Shown here: positions 10,500 through 18,775 of the stretch, one piece after another | Numbering within the stretch: position 1 is the first letter of the stretch | Layout: each line of letters opens with the position of its first letter | Assembly: GCA_038087875.1 (NCBI GenBank) | Contig: JAXLNO010000057.1 | Coordinates: 48,703 to 68,702 of the forward strand | DNA from: Malacoraja senta | Lineage: Eukaryota | Length of the DNA stretch: 20,000 nt | Reading direction: 5' to 3' | The notes under the pieces: model-generated | Told to the model about the DNA's origin: nothing | Databases searched by the model: none | Seen by the model: the letters and a program-made list of their open reading frames with translations, nothing else | Position numbers and translations under genes: made by a program

Positions 10500-10830
10500 T
10501 TTACCCAAGTTTAAATTGAAACTTGGGCCAGGCGCTGAGAAACTCTGGGACGCCACTGCTGAAGAGAACATCTGAACTTTGTCTTTCATTCAGAGGTTCG
10601 CGGGCGGGCTGGGGTGACTGTAGGGCTCTGACAACTTTGTTTCCCAGGGCTGGGGTTAGTGTGAAAGGGGTGGTTTCTGGGCAGATCTGCCCAATCAGCA
10701 ATGTTTTGAGCTGCAGCTTTTTACATAGTTTAAGTCGCGATGGTGGGACGGCTGCTCTGACGGACATACTGGGTGAGTAGAGAGACACACACTGCTATCC
10801 CTCTGGTCTACGGACCTTGCTGTCGGGGGA
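10500..10830. promoter_or_regulatory. Non-repetitive GC-richer island; candidate promoter/5' exon or enhancer
   Basis: GC box gggcggg 10602-10608, CCAAT 10691-10695, 16-bp perfect palindrome 10678-10693, + strand donor g|gtgagt at 10773; no similarity to the window's repeats. Confidence 0.3.
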
Positions 10831-10926
10831 AAAAATAACGTTAATGTTCAATTTACCTAATCTTTTTCTTTAGAAGTTTACCAACGTTTTGATGAGAGAT
10901 AAATTAAGGGAATAAAACAATCTTAC

Positions 10927-11131
10927 TAGACACAAAAAGCTGGAGTAACTCAGCCAAGCCGGCAGCATCTCTGGAGAGAAAGGTCGAAACGTTTTTTCAG
11001 TCTGAAGAAGGGACTCGACCAGAAACGTCACCCATTCCTTCTCTCCAGAAATGCTGCATGCCCCGCTGAGTTACTCCAGCATTTTGTGTCTATCTTCGGT
11101 GTAAACCAGCATCTGCAGTTCCTCCCGACAC
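10927..11131. mobile_element. Inverted pair of Penelope terminal fragments enclosing a hammerhead-like core
   Basis: Arm tagacacaaaaagctggagtaactcagc..ctggagagaa (10927-10980) pairs with ttctctccag..gctgagttactccagcattttgtgtcta (11039-11092); core CTGAAGA..GAAACGTC at 11002-11029. Confidence 0.8.
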
Positions 11132-11254
11132 AAAACAGCCCATGCCTTTCAATGATTGATGCCAGACCTTGAACAAATGCAGTTCAAAATTGACTTTTGA
11201 ATGCAATTTTGGAAGGATTGTTTCTTGAAACAAACTGCTCTAAAAGTTTGAAGG

Positions 11255-11380
11255 AAGGAATTGCAGATACTAGTTTAAACCAAAGATAGACACAAAATGA
11301 TGGATTCTCAGCTGGTCAGTCAGCATCTCTGGAGAAAAGAAATAGGTGATATTTCGGGTCGAGATCGTTCTTCAGGCTGG
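11255..11380 (-). mobile_element. Penelope-type terminal fragment
   Basis: tagacacaaaatgatgg..cagcatctctggagaaaagaaataggtgatatttcgggtcgagatcgttcttcag. Confidence 0.7.
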
Positions 11381-11394
11381 GTCTTTTTATAGTG

Positions 11395-11651
11395 AGAAAA
11401 AAACTGCATGACATGATTTTTACCATGTGATGATTTTTCCACACGTCGGTAGTCGTTGTTGGCTCAAGAGTAGCTCGGGAGAGGAACTTGGTACATCGCA
11501 GAAATGAGAAGTAAACGGCAAACTTTAACATAAACGCGGGAACTCGTTTAAACTCGTGAACATAAACTTGGAATCTCGTAGACAACCACGAGTTTGATTT
11601 TTTCTTTCACTCGGGAACACTCGTGGGTGGACGCACCGTGAGACAGGGCCA
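11395..11651. mobile_element. Probable non-autonomous DNA transposon end (Harbinger-like)
   Basis: Right end reads ggccctgtctcac on the minus strand, resembling Harbinger MITE termini; internal repeated actcgt/acgag motifs; matching left terminus not seen. Confidence 0.35.
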
Positions 11652-11654
11652 TTA

Positions 11655-12287
11655 GGCACAAGAAGGGACAGAGCCGTCTGTACTTTCGGAGGAGGCTCCG
11701 CTCTTTCGAGGACTGCAGGAAGATGTAGCATACGTTCTATGAATCAGTGGTGGCCTGTGCCATCTTCTATGCTGTCGTGTGCTGGGGTAGCAGAATAAAG
11801 GCCGCGGATGCCAACAGAATCAACATGCTCATCAGGAAGGCTGGCTCCGCCCTGGGAATGGAGTTGGATTCATTGGAGTTGGTCTCGGAAAGGAGGATGC
11901 TCCTCAAACTGTAGAGTATCTTGGACAATACTTCTCACCCCCCCCCCCCTCCATGGCACACTGATCAACCTAAGGTGCACCTTTAGCAACAGGCTGGTCC
12001 CACCAAGGTGCAGCACAGAACGCCACAGGTGATCCTTTTTTACTGTGGCTATCAAACTGTACAACTCCTCGCCCTTGATCCCCCCCACACATTTTGCAAA
12101 TTCCTCATCCTGGACTTTTCCATTCGATAATTTAATTTCATGATTGTGCAATATTACATATGTGCTGTGCAATAACGGGTCAGTTTAACTGCATTATTAT
12201 TATAATGCACAGGACACTTTCAATCCGTTGTAAATATCTTTTGCCTGTTGGCAGACCAACAGATAAATAAAGTTGTATCGTATAGTA
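11655..12287 (+). mobile_element. Rex1/Babar-type LINE RT C-terminus and 3' UTR
   Basis: Frameshifted GQSRLYF.RRLRSF..FYESVVA.AIFYAVVCWGSRIKAADANRIN.LIRKAGS; ends aataaataaagttgtatcgtatagtat. Confidence 0.8.
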
Positions 12288-12326
12288 TGAGTTTTAGTGA
12301 GATGGTCACTCCTAAGGTGAAGGCTG

Positions 12327-13068
12327 GGGGGTGTTGTGGCTGCGAGGGTGACCGGTCCTCACCCTGTCACGGTGGGTGTCGACGAGAGACGTGTGCATGG
12401 AGCGATTCCGGCCAGGCTTACCCCCACTCCGTCGGAATTGTTCATAGGACCCATGGCCCGGGTCCCTCCCCGAGAGCCGGCCCGAGGCAACATGAGCCGC
12501 CTTTCCGAGATGCCCAGAGTGCCGTTCTGTGACGCGGAGAGGCGCGTGTTGTACAGATTCGTCCGCCGCCTGTCACTTCTGCGGTGAGGAGGCGTCCGTG
12601 TACCATTTGTATGTACAACGTGAGAGGTTGCAGCCCCTGTTCGAGTATCTGAAGGGGCTGCTCCTCAAGTTCAGGCTCCATTTTAGCCCTGATTTTTGGG
12701 CACCCAGTACAGAGGGGGGAGGGTCAGGAGGGAGGAGGGGGGTCTCCGTGTCTGTCTGCTCCTGGGCCTGGCAAAGATGGCCATTCACTGGTCCAGGCAG
12801 CAGGCAGTCGACGGCCGCACAGGGGTCGGCTGCCTGCCCCTTTTCCGGGGTTACGTGTCCCTGGAGAGGGAACACGTGGTGTCCACGGGGACGCTGGAGG
12901 TCTTCCGTGAACGCTGGTCGAGTGTATTATAGACAAGGACGGCGGGATCTTAATTTGAATTTTTGTTTTGTTTGTAAACTGCCTATACAGGCAGCTTTTG
13001 ATATGAATGCTATACTACTTTGTATGTTGATTTTGTTTTTGGAATTAAATATTTGTTTAAAAAAAAAA
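12327..13068 (+). mobile_element. Tx1-clade LINE 3' fragment with poly(A), copy 1
   Basis: CHFCGEEASVYHLYVQ.ERLQPLFEYLKGLLLKF.LHFSP and LLLGLAKMAI..SR motifs, T-rich 3' UTR, A-tail 13059-13068. Confidence 0.85.
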
Positions 13069-13080
13069 GGTGAAGGCTGC

Positions 13081-13696
13081 TACATTGGGGTCCTGGGGGG
13101 AGTATATATGGGGTGGCATCTGTTACATGCCACAGACCTGTGGCATGTAACAGATATTTATGTTGGCTCATGGACTCGCCAGCCGCCTGTCACTTCTGCA
13201 GCGAGGAAGAGACCGTGTTCCATGTCTATATGGAGTGTGAGAGTGCAGCCCGTTTGACTATCTGAAGAGGATGCTCCTCAAGTTTTGGCTGCACTTTAAC
13301 CCCACGCTCCTGATCTTTGGTCACCCAGTAGAGGGGGGAGGGTCGTTAGGGAGGGGGCGTCACCCTGACGGTTTGTTCCTGGGCCTGGCCAAGATGGCCA
13401 TTCGCGGATCCAGCCGCGGGCAGTCAAGGGTTCTGCACCAGTCTACTACCTGCCCCTCTTCCGGGTCTACGTCCACGCCCGTGTGTCCCTACAGAGGGAG
13501 CAAACGGTATCCAGGAGGAGTCTAGAGGCTTTCCGTGAATGCTGGTCACCATGGGGAGTCGAGTGTTTGGAGATGAAGTTGACAATATTTTAATTTGATA
13601 ACTATTTGATTGTAACTTGCCAATGGTAGTCTTGATTTTATTATTATTCTGTATTTGTGTTTGTTTGAATGAAAGCTCTTTGTATTTAAAAAAGAA
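13081..13696 (+). mobile_element. Tx1-clade LINE 3' fragment with poly(A), copy 2
   Basis: CHFCSEEETVFHVYMEC, LLKFWLHFNPTLLIFGHPV and LGLAKMAI motifs; diverged paralog of copy 1; A-rich tail. Confidence 0.85.
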
Positions 13697-13989
13697 GTGA
13701 AGGCTGCAGGTAGTTTTGTGACCACAGGAAAGACAAAGGAAGAGACACACAGTGCAGGCAGTACTGTCCCCATTGCCCTCAGTAACACATTTCAGATACT
13801 GTTGGGGGAAGATGACCTTTCTGAAGGCAGCAGCAGTGGCCATGTCCGTGGCATCAAATCAATTCTGCATGAATACATCATCTTCACCGCATAATGAATC
13901 AAATCAGCTTCGCACCAGCAAAATGACTCAAAACTGCCTTGCTTCAACAACCATCACAAGAATGGACTGTGACAATGCATCTTCCCTAA

Positions 13990-14115
13990 GTGGGAGTACT
14001 AACCACTAAACAATTGCTGGGAAGTCAAACCATGGACACACTCCATGTTATGTGGCACTACAATCATGCTAAATGGGATGGAGTCCAAACAAATCTGGAG
14101 GCTCAAAACTTGGTA
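13990..14115 (+). mobile_element. Old LINE ORF2 relic (EN-RT linker), continued at 17915-18125
   Basis: DTLHVMWHYNHAKWDGVQTNLEAQN; the downstream piece reads ..IPHS..VKP..Q.WFNEECRRA, the expected continuation. Confidence 0.55.
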
Positions 14116-14393
14116 TACACGAGTTTACTGGTTTTGACTTGGCCTCTTTGGCCTGAAATGTTAACTCTGTTACTCTTCTCACAGATGTTCACTGACCTGC
14201 TGAGTGTTTCCTGCATTTTCTGTTTCTTTGAATTTCTATCAGAAAGTCAACAGCTGCAACTTCCTGGGTCAGGAATTGTAAATCACTTCAAAGCGTATAT
14301 GATTTACACACATTGGCGTCAGATGTGGTCATACCCACTCCTCTTGTATAACGGTTTTTATTTTCTATTTTGTGAGTATTACTTTACTTCACG

Positions 14394-15812
14394 ATGGCTT
14401 CTTCTTGTCGGAAGCCTGAGCCTCTTGTCTTTGATGCCGATATCAGCGAACGCTGGGCCACGTTTGAAATTGATTACCAGCACTACATCAACATTGTACA
14501 CCGAAATGAACCAGATGCTGTTAAGGCTTCTCTTCTGCTCAACCTTGCGGGACCTGGTGCCCTTCGTCGATCCAGAACATTCCGCTATGCTCCGGATATC
14601 CTTGATGCCCAGGGCCAGGGAATTACACCGGCGGAGTCTCCCGCCGACCCCAATGTTTTGCTGCGTAAATTGGCTCAGATCTGTGACCTGCCCTCAAATC
14701 ACATTTTGGACAGGGCAAGGTTTTTCTCTCGTCGTCAACTTCCCGGGGAACGAGCGGATGCATATATTTCCTCTTTAATGTATCTAGCACAACGTTGTCG
14801 ATTTCAGGAAATGCCTGCGGATCAGTTGACTGATCAGTTAACGAGGGATATTTTAGTGAATGGTATCACCGATCAAAAGCTCAGATCAGAGCTATTGAGA
14901 CTGCCAGAGTTGTCGCTAAACGACGCAGCGCATGCGTGTAGAACGGCTGAACTTGTTGATCCTATAGACATTCCACATGAAAGCAATACCATCAATCTGA
15001 CGGGCCTCACTAGGCAGCGGACATACAGAGATAACAGCCGATCTAAGATCCAAGATAGCCAGGCAGCTCTCAGCGTTCCTTCACAGAAATGTCCTAACTG
15101 CGGCTATATACACAGCAGGCAATCCACCTGCCCCGCCCTCGGGAAGGCTTGTAATTACTGCAAAAAGCTAAATCACTTTGCCTCAGCCTGTCGGGCTGCT
15201 ATCAGGGCCCGAGGAAGGAATGTGCCCAGTCCTAGGTCTAATCTCAATTTTTTGCAACGAGACAGTAACACATTGACTCCCCATTTCCAGCTCGACGCCG
15301 GCCCCGAATGTACTTCATTTGACTCGCAAGATGATCCTACTGTTTACATGTTACAGAATGCTGCTGCCAAGAACTCTGATCCTACAGTTACGATATCTGT
15401 AAACAATGTTGCTTTTGGCGCGAAACTTGACACGGGGGCCAGAGTCAATACAATGTCAATCAACCTTTTTAACAGGATCAGGGCTAACGAGCCACTTGTC
15501 CAGGACGCGTCTACTTTGCATGCTTTTGGCGGGGAGGTGCTATTTCCTCTGGGCAAAGCCGACTTGAAATGTGTACTGAAGAAAACAACTAGGGAATTGA
15601 CTTTCCATGTGCTAAATTTTAATTCGGTTACCCTGCTTGGCAATCGTGCCTGTCAGGAACTAGGGCTGATTTCCTTTGACAAAACTGTCCACAAACTGCA
15701 AGTTTCCTTTGATCCACTGAGTGACTTCCCTGGTCTTTTCGACAACAACCTAGGCAAGTTGCCTGTGTCCTACAAGATTACAATCGACCCTGACGTGACA
15801 CCCGTTGTCTGA
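14394..15812 (+). CDS. Gypsy (Mag-type) Gag-protease ORF, 472 aa
   Basis: Two zinc knuckles (CPNCGYIHSRQSTC, CNYCKKLNHFASAC), aspartic protease LDTGA, LLGNRACQELGLI motif. Confidence 0.92.
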   Translation: MASSCRKPEPLVFDADISERWATFEIDYQHYINIVHRNEPDAVKASLLLNLAGPGALRRSRTFRYAPDILDAQGQGITPAESPADPNVLLRKLAQICDLPSNHILDRARFFSRRQLPGERADAYISSLMYLAQRCRFQEMPADQLTDQLTRDILVNGITDQKLRSELLRLPELSLNDAAHACRTAELVDPIDIPHESNTINLTGLTRQRTYRDNSRSKIQDSQAALSVPSQKCPNCGYIHSRQSTCPALGKACNYCKKLNHFASACRAAIRARGRNVPSPRSNLNFLQRDSNTLTPHFQLDAGPECTSFDSQDDPTVYMLQNAAAKNSDPTVTISVNNVAFGAKLDTGARVNTMSINLFNRIRANEPLVQDASTLHAFGGEVLFPLGKADLKCVLKKTTRELTFHVLNFNSVTLLGNRACQELGLISFDKTVHKLQVSFDPLSDFPGLFDNNLGKLPVSYKITIDPDVTPVV

Positions 15813-16019
15813 AACCCACACAGATTGTCATTTGCCATGACTGACAGGGTTCACTCTATGCTGAAGGACATGGTCTCCAAAGGCGTAATTGAAGCCGTCA
15901 GTGACCCCACCGACTGGGTCTCAACCATGATTGCCACAGTCAAGAAGGGAAAGGATGAAATCCGCCTGTGCATTAATCCAAAAGACCTGAACACTGCCAT
16001 TAAGCGCCCACACCATCCC
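15813..16019 (+). pseudogene. Reverse transcriptase N-terminus, in frame after one TGA and truncated at KRPHHP
   Basis: NPHRLSFAMTDRV..GVIEAVSDPTDWVSTM..IRLCINPKDLNTAIKRPHHP; the YxDD core, RNase H and integrase are absent. Confidence 0.9.
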
Positions 16020-16032
16020 ACTTCTGACACCA
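16015..16032 (-). promoter_or_regulatory. Primer-binding site complementary to the tRNA-Leu 3' end
   Basis: Minus strand TGGTGTCAGAAGTGGGAT directly after the LTR end ...TTTACA; complement of vertebrate tRNA-Leu(CAA/CAG) ...ATCCCACTTCTGACACCA. Confidence 0.9.
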
Positions 16033-16238
16033 TGTAAATCACTTGAAAGCGTATATGATTTACACACATCTTTATTCAGCACATTAACTTAGCAGCATTA
16101 CAGATCTAGGTGTTGTCAGTTCATCCTGGCTGCTTCAACTAATGGTGCTGGGAATGGGCGTTAGTATAATTGTTATAATGGGGCGGAGTTAGTGATGCCA
16201 ACTAAGTGTGATTGATTCACATGCATCAACAATCTACA
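16033..16238 (-). repeat. Full 206-bp LTR in minus orientation
   Basis: Minus strand TGTAGATT...GATTTACA; GC box 16180-16188, TATA-like 16165-16178, AATAAA at 16076-16071; followed by the PBS. Confidence 0.8.
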
Positions 16239-16243
16239 GGAAT

Positions 16244-16650
16244 CTTCATATTTCTGAAGATCTGTCCTGAGCTTGGTACATTGATGTAATCACAAGGCAA
16301 GCTCATCAACAATTGTACTTCCTTGGAAGATCGAGGAGATTTGTTATGTCAACAAATACTCCATTGAAGGTCCACAGATAGAGATTACATTGAGTGGTTG
16401 CATTGCGGCCTGGTTTCGCAAATCAAACGCCCAGGAATGGAGATTACAGAGTTCTGTAGACACTGCCTGGATCATCACAGGTACTAACATCCCTAACATC
16501 AAAAGGATTTTTTTGGAGGCGCTGCCTCAAAAAGGGCAGTCACTATCATCAAAGACCCACACCTCCCTGGCCATGTTCTTATTTCACGACTACCATCAGG
16601 AAAGTGGTGCAGGAGCCTGAAAACCATGACCTCCATGTCAAGACTAGCAG
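16244..16650 (+). mobile_element. Rex1/Babar-type RT C-terminal relic (5' piece at about 14240-14270)
   Basis: HISEDLS.AWYIDVI..AHQQLYFL.R.RRF.M and LSGCIAAWF..SNAQEW motifs. Confidence 0.75.
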
Positions 16651-16689
16651 CAACCATCGCACTATATATCACAAACCTTGGCAACTTTA

Positions 16690-17740
16690 AACCAGTCCTG
16701 CAATGGACCCGAACTTTACTTCATTCGATGCCAGATCCACGCTCTCAACAAACGCTTCTTCGCCTATCTGGGCTCCACTAACGATCACAAGCTTGCACGT
16801 CTCTAGACCAGTCCCTCCATTGACACTCCTCGAATCGACTGCTGCAGCTCCACTACTGGACCATGCCACCTGCCCTACCACCATGGGGCTAAGATACACG
16901 ATGCCATAGCTCCCAAGATGAGCAGCACCCACATCCACCACCGCTACATTGACGACTGGATTGGTGCTACCATCCTGCACTCAAGATACACTTGGACCAT
17001 CTCCTACATCTCCCTACATTTTCTTAATCTCACCGTCTCCATCACAGGAGATGGTCCAAGACTATCAACTGACAATGACTCCCACAGCTATCTAGGCTAC
17101 ATGTCTTACCACCCTGCTTCCTGTAAAGACTCTATCCCCTACTCCCAATTCCTCCGTCTACGCCGCATCTGCGCCCAAGATGAGGTGTTCCATACCAGGA
17201 CATCCGAGATGTCCCCAATGATTAGGGACAGAGGATCTCCTCGGTATCTCGCAGCTCCGCTCTTGCTCCCCTTCCCTCCAGTTGTGACAGGAACAGAGTC
17301 CCCCTAGTCATCCAATACAGCAGATAATCCTCCGACATTTTCGACACCTCCAACGGGATCCCACCACTAGCCACATCTTCCCATCTCCACCCCTTTCCAC
17401 AGAGACCGTTCCCTATGTAACTCCCTAGTCAACTCGTCCCTTCCCAAACTTCCTCCTCTCCAGGTACTTTCCCCTACAACCGCAGGAGATGCAACACCTG
17501 AGCAGGAGATGAACCTATACTTCCCTCCTCTACTTCATCCAAGGACCCCAACAACCTTTTCAGGTGAAGCTGAGGTTCACTTGCACCACCTCCAACCACA
17601 TTTACTGTATCTGCTGTTCTAGGTGTACCTGTAATGTGCTCTCTGAAAGTGAAGGGGGCCATTCATACATGAGCACATTCACATTTTCTGCAAGTCCATC
17701 CAGGTGTGGACTCTTATATATCAGCGAGACCGAGCGCAGG
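16690..17740 (+). mobile_element. Decayed Penelope-like RT/GIY-YIG fragment
   Basis: RYIDD, FLNLTVSI, DSHSYL.Y.S.HPASCKDSIPYSQFLRLRRIC, FTCTTSNHIYCICCSRC and CGLLYISET motifs. Confidence 0.88.
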
Positions 17741-18371
17741 ACTCCCGCTTTTGCATTATTATGGCTACCTAGTATTATGGTTATAAATGTATTCCATTTT
17801 TTTATTCCTGTTTTATCTGTGTATGTGAGTGAAGCCTGTTAAGCTGCTAGCTGCAAGAATTTAATCGTTCTGTTACCGGTACATACGACAATTAAACACT
17901 CTTAACTCTCCAAGATTTACTGTGGGGAGTCAGCAGAAATGCAACCCACCACATTCTACAATGTCATGACTTAGCAGATTCCTCATTCTTCTCATCTTTT
18001 CAGTCAAGCCAGCGGGTCAAGACTGGTTCAATGAGGAGTGCAGAAGAGCAGCTTCAGGTATGTCCAAAAATGATGACATGCCAGCTCAGTGCATCTTCAA
18101 TACCATGCATGATCCACAGTAAAAGCAGCACACGCAGGCAGCATCCCTGGAGAGAAGGAACGGGCCCCGTTCCAAGGAAGGAGATGGCCGGAGGCCCACA
18201 ACAGCCTAGGATGTGTCGGGATGTGTCATAAGAACTAGAGGGTGGACTTTTAAAATGGCACTAAAATATGGCACCTCTTGCATACGGGCTCTGCAGACTA
18301 TTTCTGTACACTTGCTAATCGAGGATCAGGCGTATGGCAATACTGTACAGGAAGCTTTGTGTGAAAAATAA

Positions 18372-18504
18372 TTTCTTCTGTACGACATAAGGAAAGGTTT
18401 TAAATTGAAGAAAACGACAAGGAACCAACGTGAAAACCTGTCTGCTCTGAAATATTCTCTTAAAGAAGCTTCTACTGAAAAATGCTGGAGAACTATGTCA
18501 CTGG
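18372..18504 (+). pseudogene. Orphan exon-like fragment encoding an INF2-type WH2/DAD motif
   Basis: FLLYDIRKGFKLKKTTRNQRENLSALKYSLKEASTEKCWRTMSL followed by donor g|gtaaga (18505); in-frame TAA just upstream and no acceptor. Confidence 0.4.
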
Positions 18505-18775
18505 GTAAGAACAAATCACTGCATGCATCTTTCTTCAAACTGTAAGCTTTACTTGTTTTAATATGTAATGCATATTCCCCATTCAGAAAGAATGTGACTT
18601 GATTTGTATTTTACTGGCATCTTTAGGTAGCAGCTATCTAATTCATATTGCACATACCTGCTATGTTTAATTCTTTCAATAGGCGTAGACAATGAAACCA
18701 TGCATCTTGTATTCACTGGAGTTTAGCTTGTATTCACTGGAGTTTAGAAGGATGAGGGGGAATCTTATAGAAACA

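Larger units (their letters stand above)
12288..13860 (+). mobile_element. CR1 ORF1 relic split by two Tx1 insertions (pieces 12288-12326 and 13697-13860)
   Basis: Joining across the duplicated target gives SFSEMVTPKVKAAGSFVTTGKTKEETHSAGSTVPIALSNTFQILLGEDDLSEGSSSGHVRG, resembling chondrichthyan CR1 ORF1. Confidence 0.6.
14277..16238 (+). mobile_element. Mag-like Ty3/Gypsy LTR retrotransposon derivative with asymmetric LTRs and 5-bp TSD
   Basis: TGTA...TACA termini; TSD ggaat at 14272-14276 and 16239-16243; 37-bp direct repeat at 14277-14313 and 16033-16069 (1 mismatch); inserted in a Rex1-like RT relic whose FLG..HISEDLS reading resumes across it. Confidence 0.9.

Noticed and set aside
12529..13257. 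242-aa ORF as a gene
   Set aside because: Reads through a frameshifted Tx1 copy, its 3' UTR and poly(A) into the next copy.
13990..14778. 262-aa hydrophobic ORF as a membrane protein
   Set aside because: It crosses a LINE relic, a Penelope end, a Rex1 relic, the TSD and an alternative gag frame, so it is a chance chimera.
16015..16032. tRNA-Leu gene
   Set aside because: Only the 3' 18 nt including CCA are present; this is a PBS, not a gene.
14277..16069. Conventional plus-strand element with two 37-bp LTRs
   Set aside because: No TSD after 16069 and no PPT; the TSD and CA end lie at 16238-16243, so the right LTR is 206 bp.
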